A stretch of DNA of 58,724 bases, filler included, from Sphacelaria rigidula (lineage: Eukaryota): assembly GCA_964200075.2 (NCBI GenBank). It is 8 parts of 8 records of this genome, joined end to end, with 100 filler letters (N's around TTAATTAATTAA, not from the genome) between each part and the next. Parts side by side here need not be neighbours in the genome. Positions count along the whole stretch, not along the records: positions 22,061 to 29,313 come from CAXNAA020015754.1; positions 29,414 to 36,666 come from CAXNAA020015755.1; positions 36,767 to 44,019 come from CAXNAA020015756.1; 5 more parts are not named here. One strand, written 5' to 3'. The position numbers and the translations under genes were made by a program. Shown here piece after piece: positions 27,001-38,451 of this stretch. The first letter of the stretch is position 1. Each line of letters begins with the position of its first letter. Below the pieces are notes generated by a model. The model saw nothing but the letters and a program-made list of their open reading frames with translations. It ran no database searches and was not told the origin of the DNA.

Positions 27001-27324
27001 CTAGCGAAACCTTCTGAGCTTACGTCCTCCGTTAGATGCAGCAGCCACTGCGTAGTATCGTCCTCCCACGTCACTCCACGATTTTTGCACACCTCATTTG
27101 ATGCTGCCAGTTCGTTCTGACCAGACAACCTCCCCGTTGAGTCGTCACCGAGCGCGCTTGACTTGACAGCACGGAAGAGGCCCAAAGTTGCCGAATCTCC
27201 TTGGCTGGTGAGGTGGTCGGTGTCAACAGCTCCGAGTTTTGGGGGACTGTTAGCCACGAACCATACTCACGGCGCCTCCGGCGAAGGCCGAAATCTCGAT
27301 CGCCCTCCGAAAGATAACGAGCTT

Positions 27325-28120
27325 CTTGTTACAAACAGAATAGTGTTGTGCATAATTGTTGTTGACAGCGTGCGTCTCTATTGTGTAAGCCAAGTACGAG
27401 AGCGAAACAACAACAGGATTTCGGTCATGCAGGCTACGAGGTTTTCCTAGCTCATGCAAATATGACTTACTTTTACTATTATATATGGTTACACATTTCA
27501 CCATTCCATTTGGCACAGTTCGATTTTACTATCATGTCAACCTTCTAGCATCTGCTCGCTGCTGGAATCAAACATCTTACTGTCTCACCGTTACTCTTGA
27601 AACAATCGTAAGCTCATTGCATGTGGGTGAGTCCAACGTACAATGACACAGGACGAACGTCACGATATGCTTGGTCACAGGTTAAGGCCGATTTCTTTTC
27701 TCTTTCTCTCATTGGTGGTGTCGAGACTTCGCAATTCCGAAAAGGAGAAAAGAAATCGACCTTAACCTGTGACCAAGCATATCGTGACGTTCGTCCTGTG
27801 TCATTCTACGTTGGACTTACCCACATGCTGTGAGCTTACGATTGTTTCAAGAGTAACGGTGAGACAGTAAGATGTTTGATTCCAGCAGCGAGCAGATGCT
27901 AGAAGGTTGACATGATAGTAAAATCGAACTGTGCCAAATGGAATGGTGAAATGTGTAACCATATATAATAGTAAAAGTAAGTCATATTTGCATGAGCTGG
28001 CAAAACCTCGTACCCTGCATGGCCGAAATGCTATTGTTGTTCGCTCTAGTACTCGACTTGTACAGTAGAGACACGCATGTGGACGACCACTATGGCCAAC
28101 ACTATTCCGTTTGTATCACG
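27325..28120. repeat. Long inverted repeat (~380-bp arms, ~30-35-nt spacer)
   Basis: 27450-27705 is an almost perfect reverse complement of 27740-27998. The outer ~120 bp of each arm still align but are more diverged. Confidence 0.97.
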
Positions 28121-29843
28121 ACATCTTTTCGCCCCAATACGCACGCACACACCGCGCAACCCCAGATTCAGCAAAATGAGGTTGTTGTCTGTAGTCTAAA
28201 TGACATGTGGTCGAAGTTTCAGCACGTAAAAGCACTAACAGCGCTTGCACGGCCGTGTCTCCTGAAGTGAGCACCTGTACAGGCGATACCAAGATAGGTA
28301 TGGCGTAGAATGACATCATCCAGAGTATGCGCAATACGGATCGATGCGTTCGTTTGCCTGGGCAGAAGCCACCCAGCAGGAGGTGAGCGTATCTGCGTGT
28401 CAACATATGCATCCACTGACGTCTCACGCAGTCTGGGCCGAGGGGACTGCGTTTTGAGGGCGTATCGATGGCATTGACCAAAATCCGTATTTTGCTTTGT
28501 GCGTCTAGCGCACCACGTAAAACGTGCCGCCGCTCCGGAAATATGCTGTCTGTGCTGTGGTCTACCTCTGTGACAAGTTTCAGGGTTGATAGAACAGACA
28601 CGGCGGAGAAACCCACAAGCAAAATGACCCTTGACTTGTACTGAAAATACAGTACTAGACCCTGTTGAAACGTCACAAGATACATAACAGCCGATCCTAA
28701 GTTTTGGGGTTGAACTATAAAATGAGGTTCAACCCGCAAACCGCTTCCGTTGGGAAAATGCCAAACAGTAACGCAAAAGGAAGGTATTTTCCCCCAACAC
28801 TCCGCAGGAGGAGTTGGGCAGTTCGGGCTAGGTGCACCCAACGAATGCGGTGTACACGCGTGTCGATGGCGATATCACCAGAGAGAGAAGCAANNNNNNN
28901 NNCCGTGTCCTTTGTGTGTCTTCGCTCGGCGATTACCAATCGCTCGAGAGACTGGCATCATTGATCGTACCAGCATGTGCCAATTTTTCCATGCCCCGAA
29001 ACACCAAACTGCGGAGAGTTTCCGTCGTCTCTTCGTCTGGCCTGAGCACCTCATCATCGATACAAAGATCAGTTTCTCTCTGGCTCTCTTTTTGGACAGC
29101 ATGCGCCTCTGTGCGCTGAAGAACATGTCCTTGAAAAACAGGGCAGTATTTCCGTGACCGCTACTACTATTTTCTGTCACACACATACCCGCAAGGACGG
29201 TGCTGCGGCAAAACCAGATAGATCCAATATGAACTTAGGGGGTGTTATTCATCGTCGATTGTCCGCCAACCCGACCGGGCGCTTGACCACACGCGAGTTG
29301 GGGGGAGTGCACGNNNNNNNNNNNNNNNNNNNNNNNNNNNNNNNNNNNNNNNNNNNNTTAATTAATTAANNNNNNNNNNNNNNNNNNNNNNNNNNNNNNN
29401 NNNNNNNNNNNNNAGAAAAACTCAGAAAAATGGACGACTACGAATTCTGAAAACTTCTGACGCTGACTACTATACACTCCTTCCCGGCTTTTCCGGTCGG
29501 CCCTGTGTTAGCTAAATTACTACATTTTAGTGAGGAATTGAGACAAGAAAAACACCGGAAAACTCGGGAACGGTATACTGACTTCAAGTCATATAATATA
29601 ACCAAGCTCCGACCGCCCTGCGCTTGGAAACCTGCGAAGGCTTATCTGGGCCAGGGATGGGGTCCCCACGCGATCTTTACAGTGGCATCATACTGCCAAC
29701 AACCCCAGCACTGGTCGTTCAGGTCTGGTCGATAAATTTCGCCTCGCCATGATTGGGCAGGTCGCTCGAAGACTCATTTTTCATTATTTCTCTAACACAG
29801 GGTCAACCCTGTGTTAGTGGGGGGTTGGTCCCGGAAGGGTTGA

Positions 29844-30312
29844 AGACAGAAATGATAAATCAGGAAAAGTGCCTTTTTTGGAGCCTTTACGGCGTTTTAT
29901 GCCCCCAAAAGAGAGCCAGGCGGAGTTTGACACCTTGGAACGACTTGCTCGACCAGTTGAGGTGGGTCCAGGACATTTTCCCGTTTTCCTATGGCCGCCG
30001 TTTTTATTTAAGCCAAACAAGAATATTTGTCCAAGAACGGAACAATAAAAAGTAGTCATGTCCAGAGAAAAGTGGCGATTTTTTTATATTTGACTGTTTT
30101 TCACCGTTATTCGACAAAAAATCTTGTTTGGTAAAAGTAAAAACTGCGGCTACCGGAAAACGGGAAGATGTCCTGAAACCGCCTCATCTAGTAGAGCAAG
30201 TTATTCCAAGATGTCAAACTCCGCCTAGCTCTCTTTTGAGGCGTAAAACGATGTTAAGGCTCCAAAAAGGCACTTTCCAGATTTTTATTTTTGTCTAATA
30301 TAAGGAGTGGCC
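29844..30312. mobile_element. Fully palindromic MITE (same family as 50329-50800), left end eroded
   Basis: Arms aaaagtgccttttt...caaaagagagc.aggcggagtttgaca and their reverse complement. The right end is ataaggagtGGCC|taa. Confidence 0.88.
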
Positions 30313-32153
30313 TAACTGGGCGTGTGTACTTCTCTCCTAGGTGAAGTCATGTTGTGCACGGATCATTAGTCCATTATAGCGGTTGCGCCCCATTTTGACC
30401 CTTCGACCTCCCAGTGTTGATCCCGTTCAGTAATATGAAGGCGGTATTTGGAAGGGTAGGCGTCCAAACACAGCATACCTGGCGTCTAATGATGCTGAAA
30501 CTCGGGTACGTGTACATTGAGGCCGCAGGTAGGTGTTGACGTAACAGTATCGGCGATCCAAGTAGTTTTGTGCGTTGTGTGAATCAAAAGGATGAACATG
30601 CACGATGCTCCCACTCATTTCGGAACATTCTTACTTTCTAATAACAATGATGAAGTAAAATATAAAATCGGTGCGGACGCGGCGACGAGTGTTGCCAGCA
30701 TGGGCGATCCGTTTATCGGTCGACGCTCGCAGGAACACATTTAAGAACTACCGTCCAGGCTTCATTATATGTTTAAGGTTGCTGCCCTTAAGGTTTATAC
30801 GCCGTCTCGCACAAAACATGGCCGTACAGCCGAGTCAAGAAGAACCGTGTCTTCTGACAAAGATCACCGTGAAGCTGTTCAGGAAGGGGGCGACGTCGCC
30901 TCGTAGACAGTTCCAGAGCTTGCGTAGCCGACACCTCGAGAGACTGACCACGACGGTGGTTGCTCTTGCTTTTTTGTATCAGAAACAGCCTTTGAGTTCT
31001 CGACGGAGATCCTACGTGGATCTTGAGGTCTCACCGACGTGCACCTCATACAACCTTTTGTGGCTTTTTACTGTTTCACCAGCTCTCAGAATACGACAAA
31101 GCAATTTTCAATTGCTAATTCTCACGGATGGATCGCGGGTATTCCAGTCCCATGAAGGCGTGGTTCGCGTTGTACAGTCAGTATAGTACTGTCGGCTCGA
31201 GGCGCCAACTGCCAATTTTGCCGTGAAATCGAGCTATAGTTTGTCAAACCAGTGTTGACATCTTTTCGATAATATGGAATCTTTCCGGGGGAAAACTTAT
31301 TCGAAATTTACGTTTCAGTCGCAGCAGACATTTTCCTCGCTATCAATTGTACTGGGCTGAGAAACAGAAGTCATCGTGGCAAGAGGGGTTATCACAATCA
31401 GCACGGACAGCAGGTCAAACAGGCGTGCAAGTTGGGTGGCGAGAGCAGCAATCTCCGGGAGAAACATCACTGCGTATATCTCAAGCGGTTGCAAGTGAAA
31501 CTGTGTCTCTGAGCGAAGTACAGAGCGAAGTTGGTCTGTGTTCTCGAACATGCGACCCCCGCCCTGTCTGTGCGCCCTGTTACAATGCAGTACTGACTGT
31601 TTGCTCATTGTGTGTAAAGACTGCGCACCATCCACAGCATTGACACTTTGGGCAAGGGCTGTGTCGGGGTCATTTGTTTTATTACCTTTTTTTAATCACA
31701 ACTCCCCCGTGAATTGCACGCAGATGAGCATAGGACCTCCGTCAAGTGTGCGTTCGCCCTAAGTGGCACGCGCAGAACTGTAAGGCCGCATCCTGCTCTT
31801 GAATGACTGTGCAATCGGCGAAGCTACACAACGAAGTGGCGGTCTGTACGTGGGAAACAACTGAATCGTTGGCATGCACGCACACTCGTAATTTTGCTCA
31901 TATGGCGTTACGTGTGGGACCTCGGCCAAGCGGAAGTGGTTCCATTACCGAAATATCAACGTACAGACCCTCAGCCACCGTACTCTAAGTTGGTTCATGG
32001 AAAAGACCAGGCTACCCACCCCCAGGGCTGCCTAACTATCAGCCCTCCTTGAACGGAAGTCGTGGTACTGTCTGTAGGGGGACCTGGGCCCCTTGCCAGA
32101 TATGTCGGCAAGGGTCCTTGCCAACTCACACTGTGCGCGCGACAGGACCTTAA

Positions 32154-32252
32154 CCCTTGGACCGCGAGATTAGTCTCTCTGGATCATGCATACTTTTTTT
32201 TCACTTGAAATTGATGGCGATTCAACAGAAGACTAACCTCGCGGTCTAAGGG
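32154..32252. mobile_element. 99-bp piggyBac-like MITE with TTAA target-site duplication
   Basis: TTAA|CCCTTGGACCGCGAGATTAGTCT...AGACTAACCTCGCGGTCTAAGGG|TTAA; 23-bp TIR with 2 mismatches. Confidence 0.85.
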
Positions 32253-32752
32253 TTAAACTACACCTGTCAAGCGAGTTGGAGCGGGAACCTTTAGCCCCAA
32301 ATCCTCATAGATATTTGGCAACCATGACGGTGGGCGCTTGCGATGCTGGCACAGCACTGTGCAATGGGATGTGGAACGTAGGACATCGACTAAACCGATC
32401 AGCATCAAAGTATGTTTTTCCGTTCCTTCTGGTGAAAAAGTGAAAGCCTGCGCGAAGTTTCGAAGAGTACCCCGCGATCAAGAACGGACCTTACATAATA
32501 TTTTCTCGAACTGTGTGTTCTCGCCTTCCTCTGTCGGCGTTTTGATTCATGGGTACGAGTATAGATGGTATGCTGCTTGCATTATGTGACGACGGGTTTG
32601 AGAGATCGAGCTAGTGTGACGAAAATATTAACATGATTATAATGTTGTATGTTGAGTTGGTCGTCACATGTAAATGTTCGAGGTCGGGTTAGAGTCCTGT
32701 GGTCATCACATCCTCATCGATTCGCTCGTTCCTTGTTCCACTGCTCGTCCAG

Positions 32753-32886
32753 CGACCAAGACGCTGAACCGCGGAATCTCGGAGTTTATTGTGATGGCAG
32801 CTGACGCGGAGCCATTGGAGATCCTGCTTCACCTGCCCTTGTTGTGCGAGGACAAAAATGTGCCCTACGTTTTTGTGCCGTCCAAG
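32753..32886 (+). CDS. SNU13: Internal exon of U4/U6 and box C/D snoRNP protein Snu13 / 15.5K (L7Ae family); other exons not found in this contig
   Basis: (A)[44 protein letters not shown] is near-identical to eukaryotic Snu13/NHP2L1. It is bounded by a pyrimidine-rich ...ccAG acceptor and an AAG|GTAAAT donor. Confidence 0.95.
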
Positions 32887-32904
32887 GTAAATGAATAGGC
32901 ATTG

Positions 32905-33275
32905 CTCGAGGAGGGGGGGAGTTGTTATGAACCCCCCCCCCCCCCCCCAAGAAGTATAGTGAGACACCCATGAGGCAGTGTATAAGCCATGACTGTCTCT
33001 GGACGTTGCGATACCAGAAAATGAAGGAACCCCATTGGAGGCTGTCATCCAAATGCGAGATAGTCAATACGCTTCAGGCCGAACAATCTTGGCAGGATGC
33101 AGCTCACCCTTCATACGACTCGCCGAGGACATGACGGCGCTTCGCGCTTGGTGATTGATTGCGAGCCTGGTCCGGCGAAAACCGGCGTGATCCGTCCTGG
33201 CCTTGTGGGGATGCAAGGTCAATGGTTGTATGACTATGATATGCAAGATCATGAGTACACCCCCCCCTTATTGGA
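32905..33275 (+). mobile_element. ~370-bp MITE-like element with G-tract/C-tract termini, immediately after the SNU13 donor site
   Basis: Left end ctcgaggaggggggag; right end gagtacaccccccct. The terminal motif ggtcaatgg...gact...gca...atgagtac(a/g)C(n) also occurs at 7115-7180, 10468-10510, 21911-21960, 23374-23425 and 36767-36848. Confidence 0.75.
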
Positions 33276-33954
33276 ACGATTCCGCAATTTCCAGGGATCA
33301 GCCAATCTCTCCCTCAAACACTGACCTAACAGTCACTTGGAAGCATTTAATCTTCACCCCGGGAGCCCGTCGACATACTTGAATTTTTAATTTACTACTG
33401 ACGTCCTCGCGCTTTCAGCGACAGACACCAAATGAAAGGGGAAAGCAAAATACACTGCACACATGTTGTGAACGTGGTATGGTGGGGGAGCATGTACGAT
33501 ATGCACAGAAATCACCAGTCCTCGCGCGATAGTCCCGAGGTTCACCCTTGCCCACCTTCCAACCCCACGCATGGGTTTGGCGCCAATCTCTTCAGTATTT
33601 CAGAAGCTATGACAGGTCACAGGTGGTGCCGCGGCAGACAAAATTGTTGCAGTTGTTCTAACTGAATGTACGGGCCGTGCTGTTCGTACATTCGAAATAC
33701 AAAGGCAGCAGTACCTTTGAGCTGCTAGTGTAATCGAAAAAAAGAAGAGTGTAAACTAGCCTCAGTTGTCTTCGAGAGCACAAATTGGGGTACACAATCA
33801 GTAGTGACAGCAACGTAAACCAGCAGTCTAGTGTGGTGGTGTTGGAGGTATTGGAGGTGTTGTTGCGTGCGTTGACGGAAAGTGCACTGCCTGGTGTGTA
33901 CACTATATATGGGGTCTCGAGAACATGTGCCCTGCTTCTGTCTTCTTGCAAAAA

Positions 33955-34130
33955 TTTCACACCCTTGACAATATGTGGTCAATGGATGCCATAGACGAGA
34001 AGTGTACTGCATCAAGTATAGGTTTATTGCAACTATTGCCGGCCGACAATAGTCGCAATAAACCTATACTTGATGCGGTATGTTTCTTGTCTATTGCAGC
34101 TATTGACCATATATTGTCCAAGGTGTGAAA
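33955..34130 (+). ncRNA. Candidate pre-miRNA-like long hairpin in the putative SNU13 intron
   Basis: 176-nt foldback centred at 34042/34043. Over the 76 bp aligned by hand, the + strand has 7 G:U pairs versus 2 A:C mismatches. Confidence 0.55.
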
Positions 34131-35276
34131 AATTTCAACGAAAATGCTGGATAAAAAAGCTCCTCCAAAATCCTCGAAGCTTTAATGGAAAATACAGAGG
34201 AGGGTGCTCCGCTGTGTGGCGGCGGCGTTGATTCGGATTTGAATTTCCATCAGCGTCTCGATGTGGAACAGTCAATTTTCTATAGGGGGAAAAGTACTGG
34301 GCCATGATGAAGTCATACTTTTCGCGTCACTGTAAAAAAAACGGCTTCATGTATGGCACTGTAAAACAAGATGTCCATGAAGCAAAAGGCTGGTTCGGGA
34401 ATGTTTATTAGCAGATGATGGCCAGTATCACAGGAAACTCGGACCTGAAAGTAATGTGTTTACTGCGACAAACGCAAGTGCATATCATAGTTGAGTATAG
34501 TTCGTAGTAGTTACAGTCTGGTCACCTGTTGGTGAAAAACGTCACTACACCGGAAGGCATTGTACGAAAACCAAAATGATTATTTGCGCACCACCTCCAC
34601 CTCTCGCCGCAAGAAGTGGCCCCTAGCTTTATGCCAAGGCAGCAGCAATATGCTATGAGTATTTTTGAGTCACAGCGTACACCTCTTCTGTGGCCACGCT
34701 GCCTCTCGCCGCCATGTGGCCTGGGGGCGGAGGTTTCGCCGCTTATGTTGTACTAAAATCAAATGGTGTACCTCCTGGAGGTATTGACTAGCGACCAATA
34801 TATTCTTGACCCTTTGGCCGCCGCAGTGCTTTCATCTGAGCCTTTCGCTCATTTTTCAGTCGAAAGTGATGTGACCGATTCAACAGACGACCTACGTTGA
34901 AAGTCAAGGGGTTGGCCGTCATTTAGAACGGGCAAGGTACCGTGGCATCGCCGAGGTGACGCGTCTTCCCTCGCTTTTTTTCTCGCCGATTGGCTTCTGT
35001 ATTGTTATCCAAGCTTGATCGTTACACTGTCTGCCCAGGCGTTCGGTTGCAGCATCTGCAAAGTTATGAATACATGTTTTTACCTGGTACGACGATATAT
35101 ACTATTCGTATTTTGTTCCTTATTGTTCGCGGATCGATGCCGAACATGCGAGAGGTCTCGAGACACGGCCAGGTGGACGATAAACTGTCCTCCTGTGAAA
35201 AAAAATCGTGCACTTCTCGTGATGAATACTGGGACGGAAAAAGAGGGTGCTACGTGCATGCACACTATATCCATAA

Positions 35277-35392
35277 CCCGTTGACCGCTAGGGTAGACAA
35301 TCCAATCTGATGGATGGACATCATTTACACTCCAAAAATGAGGCAAATGATGCCGATTCAACAGACAGCCTACTACGCTGGCGGTGAACGGG
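35277..35392. mobile_element. 116-bp piggyBac-like MITE
   Basis: aTAA|CCCGTTGACCGCTAG...CTGGCGGTGAACGGG|TTAA. The internal motif tgatg(g/c)cgattcaacaga is shared with 32154-32252, and decayed copies lie at ~34811-34911 and ~35815-35905. Confidence 0.7.
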
Positions 35393-36883
35393 TTAAACAC
35401 TGGTACAGCCGAAGAGTAGGAGATGGCCATGATTCTCTTCGTACCATGCTGTCACGTCTTGAGCAACCGAATGTTTTGCTTTTGCGTCTGCCAAGGTGTC
35501 TGATTGTGCGACACAGCTTTAGTCAGTCATGAGTCAGTAGCATGTCATGCACAGGCAGCCCTTCAGCCTACCCCAAAGTACCATCCACCACGGCATATTG
35601 TCGTACCGTGTCGGCCCTTGGCAGCACTCGACTCATTGATATACGCACGGGGCACAAGGCCGCTGCCTAACTGGGACACTGGCGTATGGTAAAAGGGACA
35701 AATGTAACGTAGACGTACATGACTTTAAGTACTTGAGTCGATCTCGGCCTTGGCGTGAAGAATTGTTTGCGCTCATGTTTTAGGGACCGGACCCCCACTA
35801 ACAATCGGTGTAACCATTTGACAGCGAGTGGTGGTCCATCTGAAAACCGACGTCAATTTCAATCGCTTTTCAAGTAAAGGTGATGCCGATTCACGACAGC
35901 CACCCACCCCTGGATAGTGGGAGCCCGATCCCCAAAGGGCTACAGGTGAATATCCGATTATCTCAAGTTTCAGTGTGGTTCCCACATCACACTCCAATAC
36001 GCCTAATAACCCAGGTACACCCATAAAGAAATCATTGCACGGGACTGTGGGCCTCGCGTAGAAGAGACTAATGTAAAGACAAGATGTTACCTGTCGGGAT
36101 TCGAACACACGAAGCTCACCCGAGCTGGCTGGTACTGTACGTTGTACCAATTTGAGATCCGGAGCAAGGCGACTTGCGGACGCAGAAACCCCAAACGCCA
36201 CTGCAGCACAGCGCTCCTTGATATGTGGCGTCACGTTGCTTTCCAGTTGTGCACATGGAGCGATGAAGTACGTTGCACGTCGGGTGTACAAAATCACACA
36301 CTCATGAAGGAGGGTGCTATCCGCTAAACGTTGAAAGTTCATCCTAGGTCAGATGTTTGGATTTGCGTTTGCATCCTTTCGAATCTCACGGATGATGCTG
36401 TTATAACCCCCCGCTATCTTCCCCCCCCAAAAAACAATCCCAAAACTGTCGCGAAGAAAATGGTCATACAGCACGCATGTTGGCTGGTTACAGACTACAT
36501 GAAGCGCCTCATATTGGCAACACTGGTGAAGGCGATCCTAAGCGTGAGAGTTCCCAGCTGCTCGGTATGCTCGACTTTTGTCATGTTGATTTCACAGTTA
36601 GGACAAATCATCACGACTCGAAATCAACAAATTCACGATTTCTTCTGCCTGATTGCTCGAAAGGGANNNNNNNNNNNNNNNNNNNNNNNNNNNNNNNNNN
36701 NNNNNNNNNNTTAATTAATTAANNNNNNNNNNNNNNNNNNNNNNNNNNNNNNNNNNNNNNNNNNNNCCGGCCCGGCAGTGTAGGGAGGCGAGGTCCATGG
36801 CTTTATGACTATGGCATGCATGATGATGAGTACCCCCCCCCCCCCCCCGTGCTTCGTGTCGGCCTCCATCGCGGTATTTGCAG

Positions 36884-36942
36884 GGGGTTGACTTGGTGCT
36901 GCTTCACTCCCCGCACTGCTGGCCTGGATCCTGTCCTGAGAG
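36884..36942 (+). CDS. Aldo-keto reductase, internal exon (catalytic His motif)
   Basis: tttgcAG|GVDLVLLHSPHCWPGSCPE-ag|GTACGT matches the AKR D-L-x-L-x-H-x-P motif. Its phase 2 end joins the next exon in frame (ag+t = Ser). Confidence 0.85.
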
Positions 36943-37865
36943 GTACGTGCGGGTGGATGAAGGTTCGCAGTCTTGCTGTTCCCTGCCTGACGTTGATCGC
37001 ACCTGGTATGTAGCCCTTGCCACCCATATTCCCTGTAGTTGCGCTATAGTGCCATGCTCCGAAATATGAATGTTCTGCGTTCGATAGCTCGACGCACAAT
37101 GGACTCAGCTGACGCGCAGCTGCGCCTCGAGTTGTGCTTTTTTGCTCTGTGGGGACAGTGCGTCTCTCTGTCACACCTCTGGTTGTATCGGGTTGTGGGG
37201 CAAGTCTTTGCAAGTACCTCGTCGACGAGATGTCTATGTTCTCGTTCGAGGTGTGCATGAAGTCTCCTTTGCGACAGGGATTGCAGGAAGTGTTTTTTTT
37301 TCTTCATGAAATACCTTTTGTAAGGGGGACTTTGGGGCACTTTTTTCTGGGGGTGGTATCGCACCGATCAATCATCGGCCGTTTTCCCAAAGCAATCGTT
37401 TTGAAAGGGGATGAGCCCCTTGGACAAAAGCCCACCTTGGGGGATGTTTGGTACACTTCCCATTGCAAGTGAAGTTTCGCTCAATTTCTCATAAACCTAC
37501 GGTACCAGGACTTCGGGCGGTTGATTCGCATCGTGCCTCAGATTATCAATTTGTCTCGAACGTGCAGCACAAAAAGCGGAAGATACTTTCGATTATCTTA
37601 TGCTGGCGATCAGCTCGAAGCGGTGGTATACGGTGCGAACGGCATCGCGGTAACTCGGCATACGCTTTAGATGTGACTGCAACCACCTCGCGTTGGATTG
37701 ATGGGATGTGCACCCTCGCGCTGTCAGTTGTGCTTCTAGTGTGTGATGTGCGACCGTTCAGAGCCGTAAGTCGCGAACGTTTGTTTAAGTGCCTCTTGTT
37801 CTGCACCTGGCCTTGAGAACTAGAACCCTAGAATGATTTGAACTTCCTTGGCGCGCGTTGCCCAG

Positions 37866-38068
37866 TCCAACGCCGTGGCAGCTCGCGTGGAGAGAGCTAG
37901 AACTACTGTACAAAGAGGGTGCCGTGAGGGCGATAGGGGTTTCCAACTTCTCTGAAAGCTTGCTCCGCGAGCTGCTCTCCACGGCAGAAGTCATGCCTGC
38001 CGTTGTTCAGAACTGGATGGACCCGTTCAATCAAGACAAGGCTGTGCGTTCGGTTTGCGCCCAGAACG
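37866..38068 (+). CDS. Aldo-keto reductase, internal exon
   Basis: cccAG|...PTPWQLAWRELELLYKEGAVRAIGVSNFSESLLRELLSTAEVMPAVVQNWMDPFNQDKAVRSVCAQN-g|GTGAGC, containing the AKR signature IGVSNF. Confidence 0.93.
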
Positions 38069-38451
38069 GTGAGCAAAAAAGATCAGGGTCGTGTTTGAGA
38101 AAGCCGCTTACCATATCACCACGTTTGATTTTTTCGTCTAGTTCGATTGGTCTCAATGTGCCGTTCTTGCGAGTCGTTCAATTTTCCAAACCTTGTCGTG
38201 ACTAGTAGCCACGGTCAAGGTCGCTACATTCTGATAATTTGCTGGGAAATATCTTGGCAACAAAAGACACCAAGAAACATGTGTAATGTTGCTGCCATCC
38301 TTGTCACCGCCGACCTTCGTAGTCCACTCGGCCTCGTCTCATTCCATGGTGCTCATTTGTACTTAAGATATCTGAGCAGTCACTCGCCCATCCATAACCA
38401 CCTTCGACTCTTGCTTTCCCACGATTCTCCCCCTCTTTGTGCCGAGAGAAG

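Noticed and set aside
28116-28841. 241-aa ORF (longest in the track); also 56755-57438, 2827-3366 and 44701-45291
   Set aside because: No recognisable domain or convincing splice structure; probably chance ORFs in ~50% GC DNA.
34300-34450. Box C (ATGATGA) ... box D (CTGA) snoRNA candidate in the SNU13 intron; also a box C at ~30646
   Set aside because: No terminal stem, long spacing and no recognisable rRNA guide; expected by chance.
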